DNA of 58,927 bases. It comes from Deltaproteobacteria bacterium. Lineage in GTDB: Bacteria; Desulfobacterota; GWC2-55-46. The position numbers and the translations under genes were made by a program. How positions within the stretch are numbered: position 1 is the first letter of the stretch; every line of letters begins with the position of its first letter. Below the pieces are notes generated by a model. It was given only the letters and a program-made list of their open reading frames with translations. It did not search any database and was not told the origin of the DNA. The DNA lies in NCBI GenBank assembly GCA_016213015.1, contig JACRCE010000057.1:1-58927 (forward strand), in the 5' to 3' direction. Shown piece by piece: positions 44,978-55,371 of this stretch.

Positions 44978-46165
44978 ATGTTAAACGACGGCGAATTGAC
45001 AGCGTCATTGCAAGATATCGAGTCGGACAGGGTTGAGCGAAAAGCCTCCGTCTCTGATAGGAAAGAGATAAAACAGGCAATCTGCGCCTTTGCTAATGAC
45101 ATGTCGAATTCTAAAATGCCGGGCGTCATCTTTATTGGTGTACATAATGACGGTGGTTGTTCCAACCTGCCGATAACCGACGAATTGTTGCTCATGCTGT
45201 CGGATATGCGATCGAACGGTAATATATTACCGTTTCCAATAATGTCGGTGCAAAAAAAGATGTTAAATGGTTGCGCGATGGCCGTTATAGAGGTGGAGCC
45301 GTCCGATGAAACTCCCGTTAGATTAGACGGCCGGGTGTGGATACGCATTGGCCCAAGCAGGAGAACGGCAACCTCGGCTGAGGAACGAGCGTTATCGGAA
45401 AAAAGGCGAAGCAATAATCTTCCGTTCGATCATCGTCCGTTGAAGGGTTCGTCATTGGAGGAGCTTGATCTCGATTTTTTCAAGCGCGAATACCTGCCAA
45501 ATGCAGTTGACCGTGATGTCCTTGAGCAGAATCAGCGTACGATAAACGAGCAACTTGCATCAGTGCGTTTTCTAACCGCTGATGGGATTCCAACCGTTGT
45601 AGCCATGCTCGTTATCGGTAAAGACCCGCGTAAGTGGCTGCCATGCGCGTACATTCAATTCTTACGCATTGACGGGGTTGATATAACCGACCCCATATTG
45701 AATCAGCGGGAGATAAGCGGCCCGTTGACGGAAGTCTTGTTAAACCTTGATGATCTTCTTAAAATCAATATTTTCACTTCCAGCGATGTCTCTCAATCAA
45801 CCACGGAGATAAAACACCCGGATTTTCCAATCGTTGCGCTTCAACAGTTAAGCCGTAATGCCGTCATGCACAGGGCTTATGAACACACAAATGCGCCGGT
45901 TCGCATTAATTGGTTTGCGGACAGGATCGAGATTTCCAACCCCGGCGGATTGTACGGGCAGGTCACCCAAGAAAATTTCGGCAAAGGGCAGACTGATTAT
46001 CGTAATCCTGTTCTTTCCGAGGCTATGAAGACGCTTGGGTTCGTACAACGTTTTGGGATGGGGATACCGCTTGCCAAGAAAGAGCTTCATGAGAATGGCA
46101 ATCCTGAACCGGAATTCAGTTTCGATGGCAATAACGTCCTTGCGATTATCAGAAAACGGCAATGA
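44978..46165 (+). CDS. AlbA_2 (Schlafen-like DNA-binding) plus HATPase_c_4-type putative regulator
   Basis: N-terminal 'ESDRVERKAS' type motif, and C-terminal 'NAVMHRAYE...I.NPGGL' resembling the RecG-like/HATPase_c_4 family. Recognised from memory of the family only. Confidence 0.5.
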   Translation: MLNDGELTASLQDIESDRVERKASVSDRKEIKQAICAFANDMSNSKMPGVIFIGVHNDGGCSNLPITDELLLMLSDMRSNGNILPFPIMSVQKKMLNGCAMAVIEVEPSDETPVRLDGRVWIRIGPSRRTATSAEERALSEKRRSNNLPFDHRPLKGSSLEELDLDFFKREYLPNAVDRDVLEQNQRTINEQLASVRFLTADGIPTVVAMLVIGKDPRKWLPCAYIQFLRIDGVDITDPILNQREISGPLTEVLLNLDDLLKINIFTSSDVSQSTTEIKHPDFPIVALQQLSRNAVMHRAYEHTNAPVRINWFADRIEISNPGGLYGQVTQENFGKGQTDYRNPVLSEAMKTLGFVQRFGMGIPLAKKELHENGNPEPEFSFDGNNVLAIIRKRQ

Positions 46166-47154
46166 AAACGATCGTTTTTTTCAACAATAAAGGCGGCGTC
46201 GGTAAAACATCTCTCGTATATCATCTGGCATGGATGTTTGCCGACCGCGGAGTCAAAGTCGTAGCGGCCGACATGGACCCACAGGCAAATCTGACCTCGA
46301 TGTTTCTTGATGAAAATCGTCTTGAAGAACTCTGGCCTGATGGTGAGCACCCAAAAACCATATTTGGCAGCATTCGTCCAATCATGCGCGGGCTAGGTGA
46401 TATCACGGAGCCGCACGTCGAGGAGATATCCGATAATATCGGTTTGCTGGTTGGAGATCTTGGATTATCCGGTTTTGAAGATAACCTTTCATATAATTGG
46501 ACTAAATGCGGCGATCGTGATGAAGCCGCATTTAGAGTCATATCTGCATTCCATAGGATAATGCTATATGCCTCGAAGCGCATGCAGGCTGAGCTTGTTC
46601 TTATTGACGTAGGGCCTAATCTCGGCGCAATAAATCGCGCCGCTATTATTTCCTCTCAAGACGTCGTCGTTCCGTTGGCGCCGGACCTCTTTTCGCTTCA
46701 AGGCTTGAAGAACTTAGGGCCTGCCCTGAGGCACTGGCGGGATGAATGGAAGGATAGGTTAAAGAAGAACCCTGACGCTACGCTTGACTTGCCGCAAGGT
46801 GTGATGAAACCGATCGGCTATGTGATACTTCAATATGCAATACGCGCCGACAAACCTGTGAAGGCGTATGAGCGCTGGATGGCTCGTATACCGAAAATCT
46901 ATCGTGAGTCGGTGTTGGATGAGGAATTATTTGCCGCAATTGCAGACGTTGCACAAGACCCATATTGCCTTTACATGGTAAAACATTATAGGAGTCTGAT
47001 GCCTCTTGCCATGGAAGCACGTAAGCCTATATTCTTTCTGAAGCCCGCTGACGGCGCCATAGGTTCTCATGCCGTGTCAGTTCAGAATTGTTACGACGAT
47101 TTTGAAAGGTTGGCTCGTAAAATAGCGCTGATGCGCGGGATACCAATACAATAA
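46162..47154 (+). CDS. ParA/MinD-superfamily ATPase with a long C-terminal extension
   Basis: Deviant Walker A 'NNKGGVGKTS', 'DMDPQANLT'. ATGA overlap with the upstream gene. Confidence 0.7.
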   Translation: MKTIVFFNNKGGVGKTSLVYHLAWMFADRGVKVVAADMDPQANLTSMFLDENRLEELWPDGEHPKTIFGSIRPIMRGLGDITEPHVEEISDNIGLLVGDLGLSGFEDNLSYNWTKCGDRDEAAFRVISAFHRIMLYASKRMQAELVLIDVGPNLGAINRAAIISSQDVVVPLAPDLFSLQGLKNLGPALRHWRDEWKDRLKKNPDATLDLPQGVMKPIGYVILQYAIRADKPVKAYERWMARIPKIYRESVLDEELFAAIADVAQDPYCLYMVKHYRSLMPLAMEARKPIFFLKPADGAIGSHAVSVQNCYDDFERLARKIALMRGIPIQ

Positions 47155-47172
47155 TTCGGTTAATCATCGTAT

Positions 47173-47814
47173 ATGTTCAACCTCACATTTTTCGAGCTCC
47201 TGCAAAAGGGCGGCATTACCGTAATCGTGCTTGGTTTTTTTTCCATCGTCTCGATTGCCGTGATGCTTGAGAGGGCCTTTTTTTTCCGCTCTTTCAAACG
47301 CGGGGTAGATTCGTTTTACCGCGCCCTTGCGGACGTCGTTGCCAAAGGCGGGGCTGAGGCCGGCGCTATCCTTTGCGCCAATGCCGCATCGCCTCTTGCG
47401 TCCATATACGTCGCCGGTTACGCAAGGCGCAAAAAAGGCAGGGATGAAGTCCTTCGCGCAATGGAGCTTGCGGGCAGGGGCGAGTTGTCCCAGCTTGACA
47501 GGCTTGTCGGACTCCTTGGAACCATCGGCTCAACGGCCCCGTTCATCGGGCTTTTCGGAACCGTGCTCGGCATTATCAGGGCGTTTTCCGATCTGAGTTC
47601 CGCTCACGCCTCATTAGGTCCGGCCGCGGTCGCCGACGGCATCGCCGAGGCGCTTGTGGCAACCGCAGTCGGGTTGTTCGTAGCCGTACCCGCTGTCATG
47701 GCATATAACTATTTCGTCAGAACGTCGTCTAAATACGCGCTCATGCTTGAGGCGAAGTCATCGGAGTTCGTTGACATGATAATGGCCGACTTACCTTTCT
47801 TGAAAGAAAGGTAA
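47173..47814 (+). CDS. MotA/TolQ/ExbB-family proton channel protein
   Basis: 3 TM. 'LLGTIGSTAPFIGLFGTVLGII.AF' and 'ALVATAVGLFVAVPAV.AYN'. Confidence 0.85.
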   Translation: MFNLTFFELLQKGGITVIVLGFFSIVSIAVMLERAFFFRSFKRGVDSFYRALADVVAKGGAEAGAILCANAASPLASIYVAGYARRKKGRDEVLRAMELAGRGELSQLDRLVGLLGTIGSTAPFIGLFGTVLGIIRAFSDLSSAHASLGPAAVADGIAEALVATAVGLFVAVPAVMAYNYFVRTSSKYALMLEAKSSEFVDMIMADLPFLKER

Positions 47815-47871
47815 GCCAAAGAACTTTAATAGGGAATAAATAGCAGGGCAGATTAAAATCAATATTGCCCG
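47814..47871 (+). repeat. 58-nt intergenic repeat, family D, copy 2 (between tolQ-like and tolR-like genes)
   Basis: 'AGCCAAAGAACTTTAATAGGGAATAAATAGCAGGGCAGATTAAAATCAATATTGCCCG'. Confidence 0.75.
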
Positions 47872-47897
47872 TGCGGCTTACGGGAGGTCTTTAAATC

Positions 47898-48329
47898 TTG
47901 GCTTGGAAAACCAACATCTCGCATGAAAAGGTGATGGCTGAGATAAACATCACGCCGCTTACGGACGTGATGCTCGTCCTGCTTGTCATCTTCATGGTAA
48001 CGACCCCGCTTATCATGAGCGGCGCGCTTAACGTCAAACTCCCGCGCGCGGGGAGCGCGGTAAGCGGGAGCCAACAGGGTCTGACCGTTACGGTCGGCGC
48101 AAACGGCGCGATCGAGCTTGACGGCAGGGCGGTCGCGTTCCAAGACCTTCATTCGATTCTCAAGGAAAGGCTCGCCTCCGGCGCGGATACCTCGGTCGCG
48201 GTAAAGGCCGACTCCGATGCAAGACACGGAGACGTCGTAAGGGTGCTCGATATCGCTAAGCAGGCCGGGGCGCTCAAGCTGGGTATAGCCGTAGAGCGCG
48301 GGGATGAGAGGCGCAACGCAGTCAGATGA
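47898..48329 (+). CDS. ExbD/TolR-family protein
   Basis: 'AEINITPLTDVMLVLLVIFMV'. TTG 47898 lies 10 nt after GGGAGG; alternative ATG at 47934. Confidence 0.85.
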   Translation: MAWKTNISHEKVMAEINITPLTDVMLVLLVIFMVTTPLIMSGALNVKLPRAGSAVSGSQQGLTVTVGANGAIELDGRAVAFQDLHSILKERLASGADTSVAVKADSDARHGDVVRVLDIAKQAGALKLGIAVERGDERRNAVR

Positions 48330-49282
48330 CGCACAGATACGCGGCAATAGACATAGGCACCAACACCTTGAGGCTTCTCATCGCCGGGATGGACAACAAT
48401 GGAATCACGCCCATCGTATACGACAGGCGTATCACAAGGCTTGGCGGCAAGTACGATGAAAAGACCGGGATAGACCCTGCCTCGGCGGAACGGACGATAA
48501 ACGCGCTCGCAGAGTTCAAAAGGCAAATCCGCTTAAACGGGGTTGAAAACGTAACGGCGGTCGCAACCTCGGTGGTGCGTCGTTCAGCCAACAAGGAATG
48601 GTTCCTCGGCGAGGCGTTGAAAAAAACAGGCGTCGTCATTGACGTGATATCAGGCGATGAGGAGGCGCGTCTGTCGCTCCTTGGAGTGCTTTCCGTGTTG
48701 AGGCCCGGAGGGTGCGAAAGGCGCATGGTCATTGACATAGGCGGAGGATCAACCGAGTTCATATTGACCGATACGGCATCAAAGCCTCGCGCATGGAGCA
48801 TGGAGATGGGGGTCGTTCATCTGACTGAGATGCATCTCAAGAGCGACCCGCCAAGCGCAGGTGAAGTCCATGACCTTGAGGCGGACATCGAGGCTACGAT
48901 AAACGAACTCAAGCAACTTATGCTCGTCTCCGGCGTTGACCCTGCCGCGTATTCAAAGGCCGTAGGCGCTCAATTCGTGGGAACCGCAGGCACAATTACG
49001 ACCCTTGCCGCGCTCGACATGAATCTGATCGAGTACGACCGCAACAGGATAAACAATCATAAACTCTCAAAGGAAACGATACGGGCTGTCTACGACCGTC
49101 TGCTTGCGATGAATATGAAGGAACGCTCAGGGGTATTGAGCCTTGAGAAGGGCAGAGAAGACCTTATAATACCCGGCACCGCAATAACGCTTTGCGTAAT
49201 GGAGGCGTTCGGCTTTGATGAGGTGATTGTTTCGGACGCGGGGTTGCTTGAAGGCGTGATACTCTCAAAAGGAGGGTTGTAA
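48326..49282 (+). CDS. Ppx/GppA-family phosphatase (N-terminal ASKHA domains only)
   Basis: 'YAAIDIGTNTLRLLIA', 'DIGGGSTEF'. Confidence 0.8.
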   Translation: MTHRYAAIDIGTNTLRLLIAGMDNNGITPIVYDRRITRLGGKYDEKTGIDPASAERTINALAEFKRQIRLNGVENVTAVATSVVRRSANKEWFLGEALKKTGVVIDVISGDEEARLSLLGVLSVLRPGGCERRMVIDIGGGSTEFILTDTASKPRAWSMEMGVVHLTEMHLKSDPPSAGEVHDLEADIEATINELKQLMLVSGVDPAAYSKAVGAQFVGTAGTITTLAALDMNLIEYDRNRINNHKLSKETIRAVYDRLLAMNMKERSGVLSLEKGREDLIIPGTAITLCVMEAFGFDEVIVSDAGLLEGVILSKGGL

Positions 49283-50743
49283 ATGGGCGATAACACAAGA
49301 ACCGCTCTTACGTTTGACGACGTTTTGCTTGAACCGGCGTTCTCGAGGATACTGCCGAGGGACGTTGACGTGTCAACGAGGCTTACAAACGAGATACGTC
49401 TTAACGTGCCGCTCATAAGCGCGGCAATGGATACGGTAACGGAGTCGCGCATGGCCATAGCAATAGCTCAGGAGGGCGGCATCGGGATAATACACAAGAA
49501 CCTCACCATCGACGAGCAGGCCGGGATGATCGACAAGGTGAAGAAGTACGAATCCGTCGTCATAAAAAATCCGCTTACCCTTCATCCCGACCAGAGGTTG
49601 TCCGACGCCCTTGAGATAATGAAGACCGAGCAGATATCCGGTTTTCCGGTCGTCAAGGACGGTGTGCTCGTGGGCATCCTGACCAACAGGGACCTGCGCT
49701 TCGAGAGTAATCCCGAAAAGCGCATCGTTGACATGATGACAAAGGACGTGGTTACGGCCTTGCAGGGCATCAGCATCGAAAAGGCCAAAGAGATACTCCA
49801 TAAGCACAGGATAGAAAAACTGCCGGTAGTTGACAAGAAAAATCACCTCAAGGGCCTTATCACCGTAACCGACATAGAAAAGAGGGAGAGGTTTCCAAAC
49901 TCATGTAAGGACAAACATGGGCGTTTGAGGGTAGGCGCGGCGGTCGGCGTGTCGTTTGACAGGGAGGCGCGGATAGACGCCCTTTTGAAGGCAGGGGCCG
50001 ACTGCATCGTGGTTGACACGGCCCACGGCCACAGCAAGGGGGTGCTTGAGGCCATCATGGACACAAGAAAGACGTTTAAGAAGTGCCAGCTCATCGCAGG
50101 CAATATCGCCACGGCAGAGGCCGCTCAAGCGCTCATCAAGGCAGGGGTTGACGCGATAAAGGTCGGGGTCGGGCCGGGTTCCATCTGCACGACACGGGTC
50201 GTTACAGGCATCGGCGTGCCCCAGATAACCGCCGTATCGGACGTGGTGCAGGTGGCAAGGAGAAAGGGTATCCCTGTCATTGCCGATGGCGGCATAAAAT
50301 ATTCAGGCGACGTAACAAAGGCCATCGCGATCGGAGCGGACACCGTAATGGTGGGCGGCCTGTTTGCGGGCACCGACGAAAGCCCGGGCGAGACCATACT
50401 CTATCAGGGCAGGACGTATAAGGTTTACAGGGGCATGGGTTCTATAGAGGCCATGAAAAAAGGCAGTAAGGATAGGTACTTTCAAGACGACGTTGAGAGC
50501 GACCTTAAATTCGTGCCGGAGGGCATCGAGGGCAGGGTGGCTCATAAGGGGGCCATCTCGTCGTTGATATATCAACTTGTCGGCGGGCTTAAAGCGGGCA
50601 TGGGATACTGCGGCGCGGCCAATATAAGCGAGTTGCACAGGAAGGCTCGGTTCGTGAGGATTACGGCCTCCGGCCTCCGTGAGAGCCACGTGCACGACGT
50701 TACCATCACCAAAGAGGCGCCGAACTACAAGACGGAAGTATAA
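49283..50743 (+). CDS. guaB: IMP dehydrogenase
   Basis: 'LTFDDVLL.P', CBS pair, '[11 protein letters not shown]', 'GGIKYSGD'. Confidence 0.95.
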   Translation: MGDNTRTALTFDDVLLEPAFSRILPRDVDVSTRLTNEIRLNVPLISAAMDTVTESRMAIAIAQEGGIGIIHKNLTIDEQAGMIDKVKKYESVVIKNPLTLHPDQRLSDALEIMKTEQISGFPVVKDGVLVGILTNRDLRFESNPEKRIVDMMTKDVVTALQGISIEKAKEILHKHRIEKLPVVDKKNHLKGLITVTDIEKRERFPNSCKDKHGRLRVGAAVGVSFDREARIDALLKAGADCIVVDTAHGHSKGVLEAIMDTRKTFKKCQLIAGNIATAEAAQALIKAGVDAIKVGVGPGSICTTRVVTGIGVPQITAVSDVVQVARRKGIPVIADGGIKYSGDVTKAIAIGADTVMVGGLFAGTDESPGETILYQGRTYKVYRGMGSIEAMKKGSKDRYFQDDVESDLKFVPEGIEGRVAHKGAISSLIYQLVGGLKAGMGYCGAANISELHRKARFVRITASGLRESHVHDVTITKEAPNYKTEV

Positions 50744-50815
50744 CCTATAGGGGAGCAAAGAAGCCCCTCGCCGGCGGATGTGCTTTATGTCCTGTGTTCT
50801 TGAAAAAGGAAAACC

Positions 50816-52363
50816 ATGCAAGACATCCATACTCAAAAAATACTGATCCTCGACTTCGGCTCACAGTACACTCAGCTCATTGCGCGCCGGGTGCGCGAGC
50901 AGAAGGTCTACTGCGAGATACACCCTTACAAGGTCGGTCTGAAGTTCATAAAAGGCTTTGCCCCTCAGGGCATAATCCTATCAGGCGGCCCCTCGTCCGT
51001 CTATGACAAGGCCGCTCCTAAGATTCCAAAAGAGGTCTTTGACCTCAACATCCCTGTGCTCGGCATCTGTTATGGGATGCAACTCATGGCGCATCTCCTC
51101 GGAGGAAGGGTTCAGAGATCAAAGGAGCGGGAGTACGGCGGGGCCGGCCTTGAAATAAGAAAAACAAGCACCTTGTTTAGCGGTCTTGCAGGCTCAATCA
51201 ACGTCTGGATGAGCCACGGCGACAAAGTGGAAATAGTCCCGCATGGATTCAGCGTAACGGCAAGGAGCACAAATGCGGCCAACTGCGCCATGCAGGACGA
51301 GGCAAGGAAACTCTTTGGCGTTCAGTTCCACCCTGAGGTATCTCATACCCCGGAGGGTAGCAAGATACTGGGGAACTTTCTCTTTAACGTATGCGAATGT
51401 GAGCCGCTTTGGAACATGCGCTCTTTTATCGATTCCTCCATCTCGGCAATACGCGCAAAGGTTGGAGACAACAAGGTGGTCTGCGGCATAAGCGGCGGGG
51501 TTGACTCATCCGTCGCGGCGCTCCTTGTTCACAAGGCCATCGGAAAAAACCTGACCTGCATATTCGTTGACAACGGCGTCTTGAGAAAGGGAGAGGCGGA
51601 CAGGGTGGAGGCCATGCTTAAAAGGCACTTTCATATGAATATCAAGCGCGTCAACGCGGCTGACAGATTTCTCAGGAAACTAAAGGGCGTCATAGACCCT
51701 GAGCGTAAACGGAAGATTATCGGCAACGAGTTCATCAGGGTGTTTCAGGATGAGGCGAAGAAGATAAAGAACGTCTCCTTTCTCGCGCAGGGAACGCTCT
51801 ACCCGGACGTGATAGAGAGCGTGTCGTTCAAGGGGCCTTCGGCCACGATCAAGAGCCATCATAACGTGGGCGGACTTTTGAAGAACATGCGCCTTCAACT
51901 CGTGGAGCCGCTCAGAGAGCTTTTCAAGGACGAGGTGAGGGCGCTTGGCAAAGAACTCGGCATGGACGAGGAGCTTATCAATAGACAGCCGTTCCCGGGC
52001 CCGGGTCTTGCCATACGGATAATAGGCGAGGTTACGCGCAAAAGATGCGATATACTGAGAGAGGCGGACGCGATAACCCTTGAGGAGATAACCGCCGCCG
52101 GACTCTATAATAAGCTGTGGCAGTCCTTTGCGGTTTTACTTCCCATAAAGACCGTGGGCGTTATGGGCGACGAGAGGACTTACGAGAACGTGGTTGCCAT
52201 ACGCGCCGTCCAGAGCGTTGACGGCATGACCGCGGACTGGGTGCGGCTACCGTATGACTGCCTTGGCAGGATATCCACGAGGATAATCAACGAGGTCAAG
52301 GGCGTTAATCGAGTGGTCTACGACATAAGCTCCAAGCCGCCGAGCACTATAGAATGGGAGTAA
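50816..52363 (+). CDS. guaA: GMP synthase (glutamine-hydrolysing)
   Basis: GATase 'GICYGMQL', PP-loop '[10 protein letters not shown]', C-terminal '[10 protein letters not shown]'. Confidence 0.95.
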   Translation: MQDIHTQKILILDFGSQYTQLIARRVREQKVYCEIHPYKVGLKFIKGFAPQGIILSGGPSSVYDKAAPKIPKEVFDLNIPVLGICYGMQLMAHLLGGRVQRSKEREYGGAGLEIRKTSTLFSGLAGSINVWMSHGDKVEIVPHGFSVTARSTNAANCAMQDEARKLFGVQFHPEVSHTPEGSKILGNFLFNVCECEPLWNMRSFIDSSISAIRAKVGDNKVVCGISGGVDSSVAALLVHKAIGKNLTCIFVDNGVLRKGEADRVEAMLKRHFHMNIKRVNAADRFLRKLKGVIDPERKRKIIGNEFIRVFQDEAKKIKNVSFLAQGTLYPDVIESVSFKGPSATIKSHHNVGGLLKNMRLQLVEPLRELFKDEVRALGKELGMDEELINRQPFPGPGLAIRIIGEVTRKRCDILREADAITLEEITAAGLYNKLWQSFAVLLPIKTVGVMGDERTYENVVAIRAVQSVDGMTADWVRLPYDCLGRISTRIINEVKGVNRVVYDISSKPPSTIEWE

Positions 52364-52370
52364 CGAGAAA

Positions 52371-53066
52371 ATGGTAGAGGACCTTAAAGGTCAGGAGACG
52401 TGGCGGCTCTTCCGCATAATGAGCGAGTTCATCGAAGGGTTTGACGAGCTTTCGGACATAGGCCCGGCAGTTTCGATATTCGGCTCCGCGAGGCTTGGCA
52501 AGGGCAACAAGTATTACAAGCAGTGCCTTGACGTGTCGAGCCTGCTCTCGAAAAACGGCTACAGCATCATAACCGGCGGCGGCCCGGGCATCATGGAGGC
52601 GGCCAACAAGGGCGCGAGGATGAACGGCGGGCTCTCGGTCGGGCTTAACATAACGCTTCCGATGGAGCAAAAGCCCAACAAGTTCCAGAACCGATCCTTG
52701 AACTTCAAGTATTTCTTCGCCAGAAAGGTCATGTTCGTCAAGTACGCCATAGGGTACGTCTGTATGCCCGGCGGCTTCGGCACGCTCGACGAGTTCTTCG
52801 AGGCGCTTACCCTCATACAGACACATAAGATATATCCATTCCCGCTCATCCTCTTCGGACGCGAATACTGGACGCCGCTAATGGACTTCATGAAACACAC
52901 GATGATGAAACACAAGACTATTTCTCCCGAAGACCTGAAGTTTATTGACCTTACCGACGATCCTCAGGTCGTGCTCGATATAATGAACAGACACATGAAC
53001 AGCAAATTGAAATTGATAGAAGACGCGGCAAGACAGGGCAAGAAAAAGGCCGTGAAGAAGAAGTAA
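52371..53066 (+). CDS. LOG-family (TIGR00730-type) nucleotide phosphoribohydrolase
   Basis: 'ITGGGPGIMEAANKGA' and 'PGGFGTLDEFFE'. Confidence 0.85.
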   Translation: MVEDLKGQETWRLFRIMSEFIEGFDELSDIGPAVSIFGSARLGKGNKYYKQCLDVSSLLSKNGYSIITGGGPGIMEAANKGARMNGGLSVGLNITLPMEQKPNKFQNRSLNFKYFFARKVMFVKYAIGYVCMPGGFGTLDEFFEALTLIQTHKIYPFPLILFGREYWTPLMDFMKHTMMKHKTISPEDLKFIDLTDDPQVVLDIMNRHMNSKLKLIEDAARQGKKKAVKKK

Positions 53067-53106
53067 CCCTGATTGTTTGGAAGAATCCGGCTGAAGAGGT
53101 TTTTTT

Positions 53107-53463
53107 ATGGCAAGATACGATGGAGACTTAACAATGATTACCGAAGAAACGATCAAAGAGGCCGCGAAACGGCTTGCAGATAAGTTTCATCCGGACCGGA
53201 TTATCCTTTTCGGTTCTTATGCGAGGGGCACGGCGGACAAGCACAGCGACGTTGACCTGCTCGTGATATGCCGGGTTAAGAAAAATAGAAGGAAGCTGGC
53301 GAATGAGATGGATATGACGCTATGGGGGCTTGAAATGGCTAGGGATATTATAATCCTTACGCCCGAAGAGTTTGAACGTGATAAGCATATCCCAGGCACC
53401 ATAGCAAGGCCGGCATGGAAAGAAGGCAAGGTCATGTATGAGCATAAAAAGACAAGACATTGA
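53107..53463 (+). CDS. Nucleotidyltransferase-domain protein (MNT-type antitoxin)
   Basis: 'LFGSYARGTADKHSDVDLLV'. Confidence 0.75.
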   Translation: MARYDGDLTMITEETIKEAAKRLADKFHPDRIILFGSYARGTADKHSDVDLLVICRVKKNRRKLANEMDMTLWGLEMARDIIILTPEEFERDKHIPGTIARPAWKEGKVMYEHKKTRH

Positions 53464-53854
53464 AATAAAGGTGCGCGAGTGGACTTCCTTTGCCGATGAG
53501 GATTTAAGGGTTGCCCGTCAGGCCCTTAAACTTTCAAGTAGTTGTCCTTACAGGATCGTTGCATATCATGCTCAACAATGCGCGGAGAAATATTTAAAGG
53601 CGTTCTTGGTCTATAAGAAAAAAGACTTTCCTTATACCCATAATATAGCGCGTCTGCTGGAATTATGTCAGCATCATGGTTCGTGGCCTAATGATCTGCT
53701 GGTTGCGGCAGAATTGACCTCTTATGCCGTTACCGCTCGCTATCCCGGAGAAGACACAGTGAGCAGAACAGAGGCGTTAAAAGCGGTTGAATCGGCCTCT
53801 CTCGCAAGAAAAACCGTAAGGTCTGCCTTAAAGCAGGAGGGTTTGATTTTGTGA
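53438..53854 (+). CDS. HEPN-domain protein (partner of the preceding NTase)
   Basis: 'AYHAQQCAEKYLKAFL...YTHNIARLLE'. 26-nt overlap with the NTase gene. Confidence 0.7.
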   Translation: MSIKRQDIEIKVREWTSFADEDLRVARQALKLSSSCPYRIVAYHAQQCAEKYLKAFLVYKKKDFPYTHNIARLLELCQHHGSWPNDLLVAAELTSYAVTARYPGEDTVSRTEALKAVESASLARKTVRSALKQEGLIL

Positions 53855-53893
53855 GCGTTGCCTCTATCGGCAGCCACTAAAAGGAGTCTTTAC

Positions 53894-54079
53894 ATGCCAC
53901 ATACGCACGATCATGAGGAGTACCGGAAGATAGAAGTCCTGATTGAACAAGACCAGCTTGAACTGTTAACCGCTCTCGCGGACGAGTACAGGGAAAAACT
54001 CGGCAAGGGGTGGGACCTTAGCGCCGTCGTAAGGGTGGCCGTGGGGGATTTTTTGACTAAGATGGGGAAGATGAGCTGA
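53894..54079 (+). CDS. Small ribbon-helix-helix (CopG-like) protein, tentative
   Basis: 61 aa. AAGGAG RBS. 'RKIEVLIEQDQLELLTALADE' fits a beta-strand then helix pattern. Confidence 0.4.
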   Translation: MPHTHDHEEYRKIEVLIEQDQLELLTALADEYREKLGKGWDLSAVVRVAVGDFLTKMGKMS

Positions 54080-54083
54080 CCGA

Positions 54084-55166
54084 ATGTATTCAAACTACCT
54101 GACCCAAGTCAAAGGCCGCGTGGATTCAAATAAGGACTGCGGCGTTGACGAGATGCGCTCTCTTGTCGACAAGGCTGAGGCGCGCCTTTTCGGCGAGGCC
54201 GGGCGCTTCGAGACCTTTCACTGGAGCGCCAACATCCACGGCGTAGTCATCAGGCTCGTTACCAACTCAAGGCACCTTTATGAGTTCTGGGTTGAAAACT
54301 GGTATCCGGCCCCGCGCTCCCATACCGTGCTTCCTCACGGGGTCATCTACGCCGTAACCGGCATCTCAGGCGAGGCCCCGCGCGCCCACTACAACCACGA
54401 GACAAAGACGGCCGTGTTCGTCAACACCGAATACTACGGCCAGTGCAAGAGCTGGGCGCTCGGCATGGCCGCCGATATATTGGAGACCCAGCACGGCATA
54501 CATTCCATACACGGCTCATGCGCCGTGGTCAAGGGCAAGGGCGTCGTTATAATCGCCCCGACCGGCACCGGGAAATCAACGCATACATGGGGGTTGATGC
54601 AGCTGCCCGACGGCAAGATTCACTCGGACGACTGGATATTCCTTCAGTACAAGAAGGGGCTTGCCATGGCCGACATCTCGGAGAGAAAGTTCTACCTCCG
54701 CACGGACATGGTAAGGAGCTTTCCTGAGATAGCCCCTCTGCTGAAAAAAAGCATGTGCGAGAACGTGGTTGACAGCGACTTTACGGCCTTCGGCAACTCA
54801 AGGGCGCTCCTTGACCCGGAATGGATAGCCGGGCCCGATAAGTTCGTGGAGAGAACGGCCGTCGCGTCCGTAGTCCTATTGAGGCGCGACAAGGAATCGC
54901 CGCCGGAACTCAGGCTCAACGCCGATGACGCGCTGCGTATCCTTGAACAGGGCAGGGTGCTCTCGCTTGCGGGCTCCGGCGCGAAGGACGGGGAGTTCAC
55001 TTACGAGCCGTACTACAACCCGTATCTACTCGTCAGAAGGAATAAGATGCAGAACGACTTCTTCAGGCAACTGTTCTCAGCCGCGACATGTCATATCTTG
55101 AATACCGGAGTCGAGGACGTGAGCCAGACTCAATCGCGCATAAGACGCATCGTGGATGAGGCATGA
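54084..55166 (+). CDS. HPr-kinase/PEPCK-fold P-loop protein of unknown function
   Basis: 'HGSCAVVKGKGVVIIAPTGTGKSTHTWGL...GKIHSDDWIFL' parallels the HprK C-domain (P-loop followed by DD). Confidence 0.45.
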   Translation: MYSNYLTQVKGRVDSNKDCGVDEMRSLVDKAEARLFGEAGRFETFHWSANIHGVVIRLVTNSRHLYEFWVENWYPAPRSHTVLPHGVIYAVTGISGEAPRAHYNHETKTAVFVNTEYYGQCKSWALGMAADILETQHGIHSIHGSCAVVKGKGVVIIAPTGTGKSTHTWGLMQLPDGKIHSDDWIFLQYKKGLAMADISERKFYLRTDMVRSFPEIAPLLKKSMCENVVDSDFTAFGNSRALLDPEWIAGPDKFVERTAVASVVLLRRDKESPPELRLNADDALRILEQGRVLSLAGSGAKDGEFTYEPYYNPYLLVRRNKMQNDFFRQLFSAATCHILNTGVEDVSQTQSRIRRIVDEA

Positions 55167-55371
55167 AACGACCGCAGATGCGTAAACGTCGGAAAGATAA
55201 CGCCAAACAGTAAACACACCACAGGCTGTATTCCTCCTTTGACAACCAACTGACGTTTCTTGTTTTTCAAGCCTCTTAATAATTCACTTGCAATGCTATA
55301 GTACTAATGGTAACATCTGCGTATAAATTCAATTGGCGCAAAGCAATATAACTTATATCATGGAGAATGTT

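Noticed and set aside
46228-46245. TGGCATGGATGTTTGCC, a sigma-54-like string.
   Set aside because: It lies inside the ParA-like coding region ('LAWMFAD') and has the wrong spacing by one base.
47173-48329. The tolQ/tolR-like pair as part of a complete Tol-Pal or TonB system.
   Set aside because: No tolA/tonB, tolB or pal follows; the next gene is ppx. Only the generic ExbB/ExbD-family call is therefore supported.
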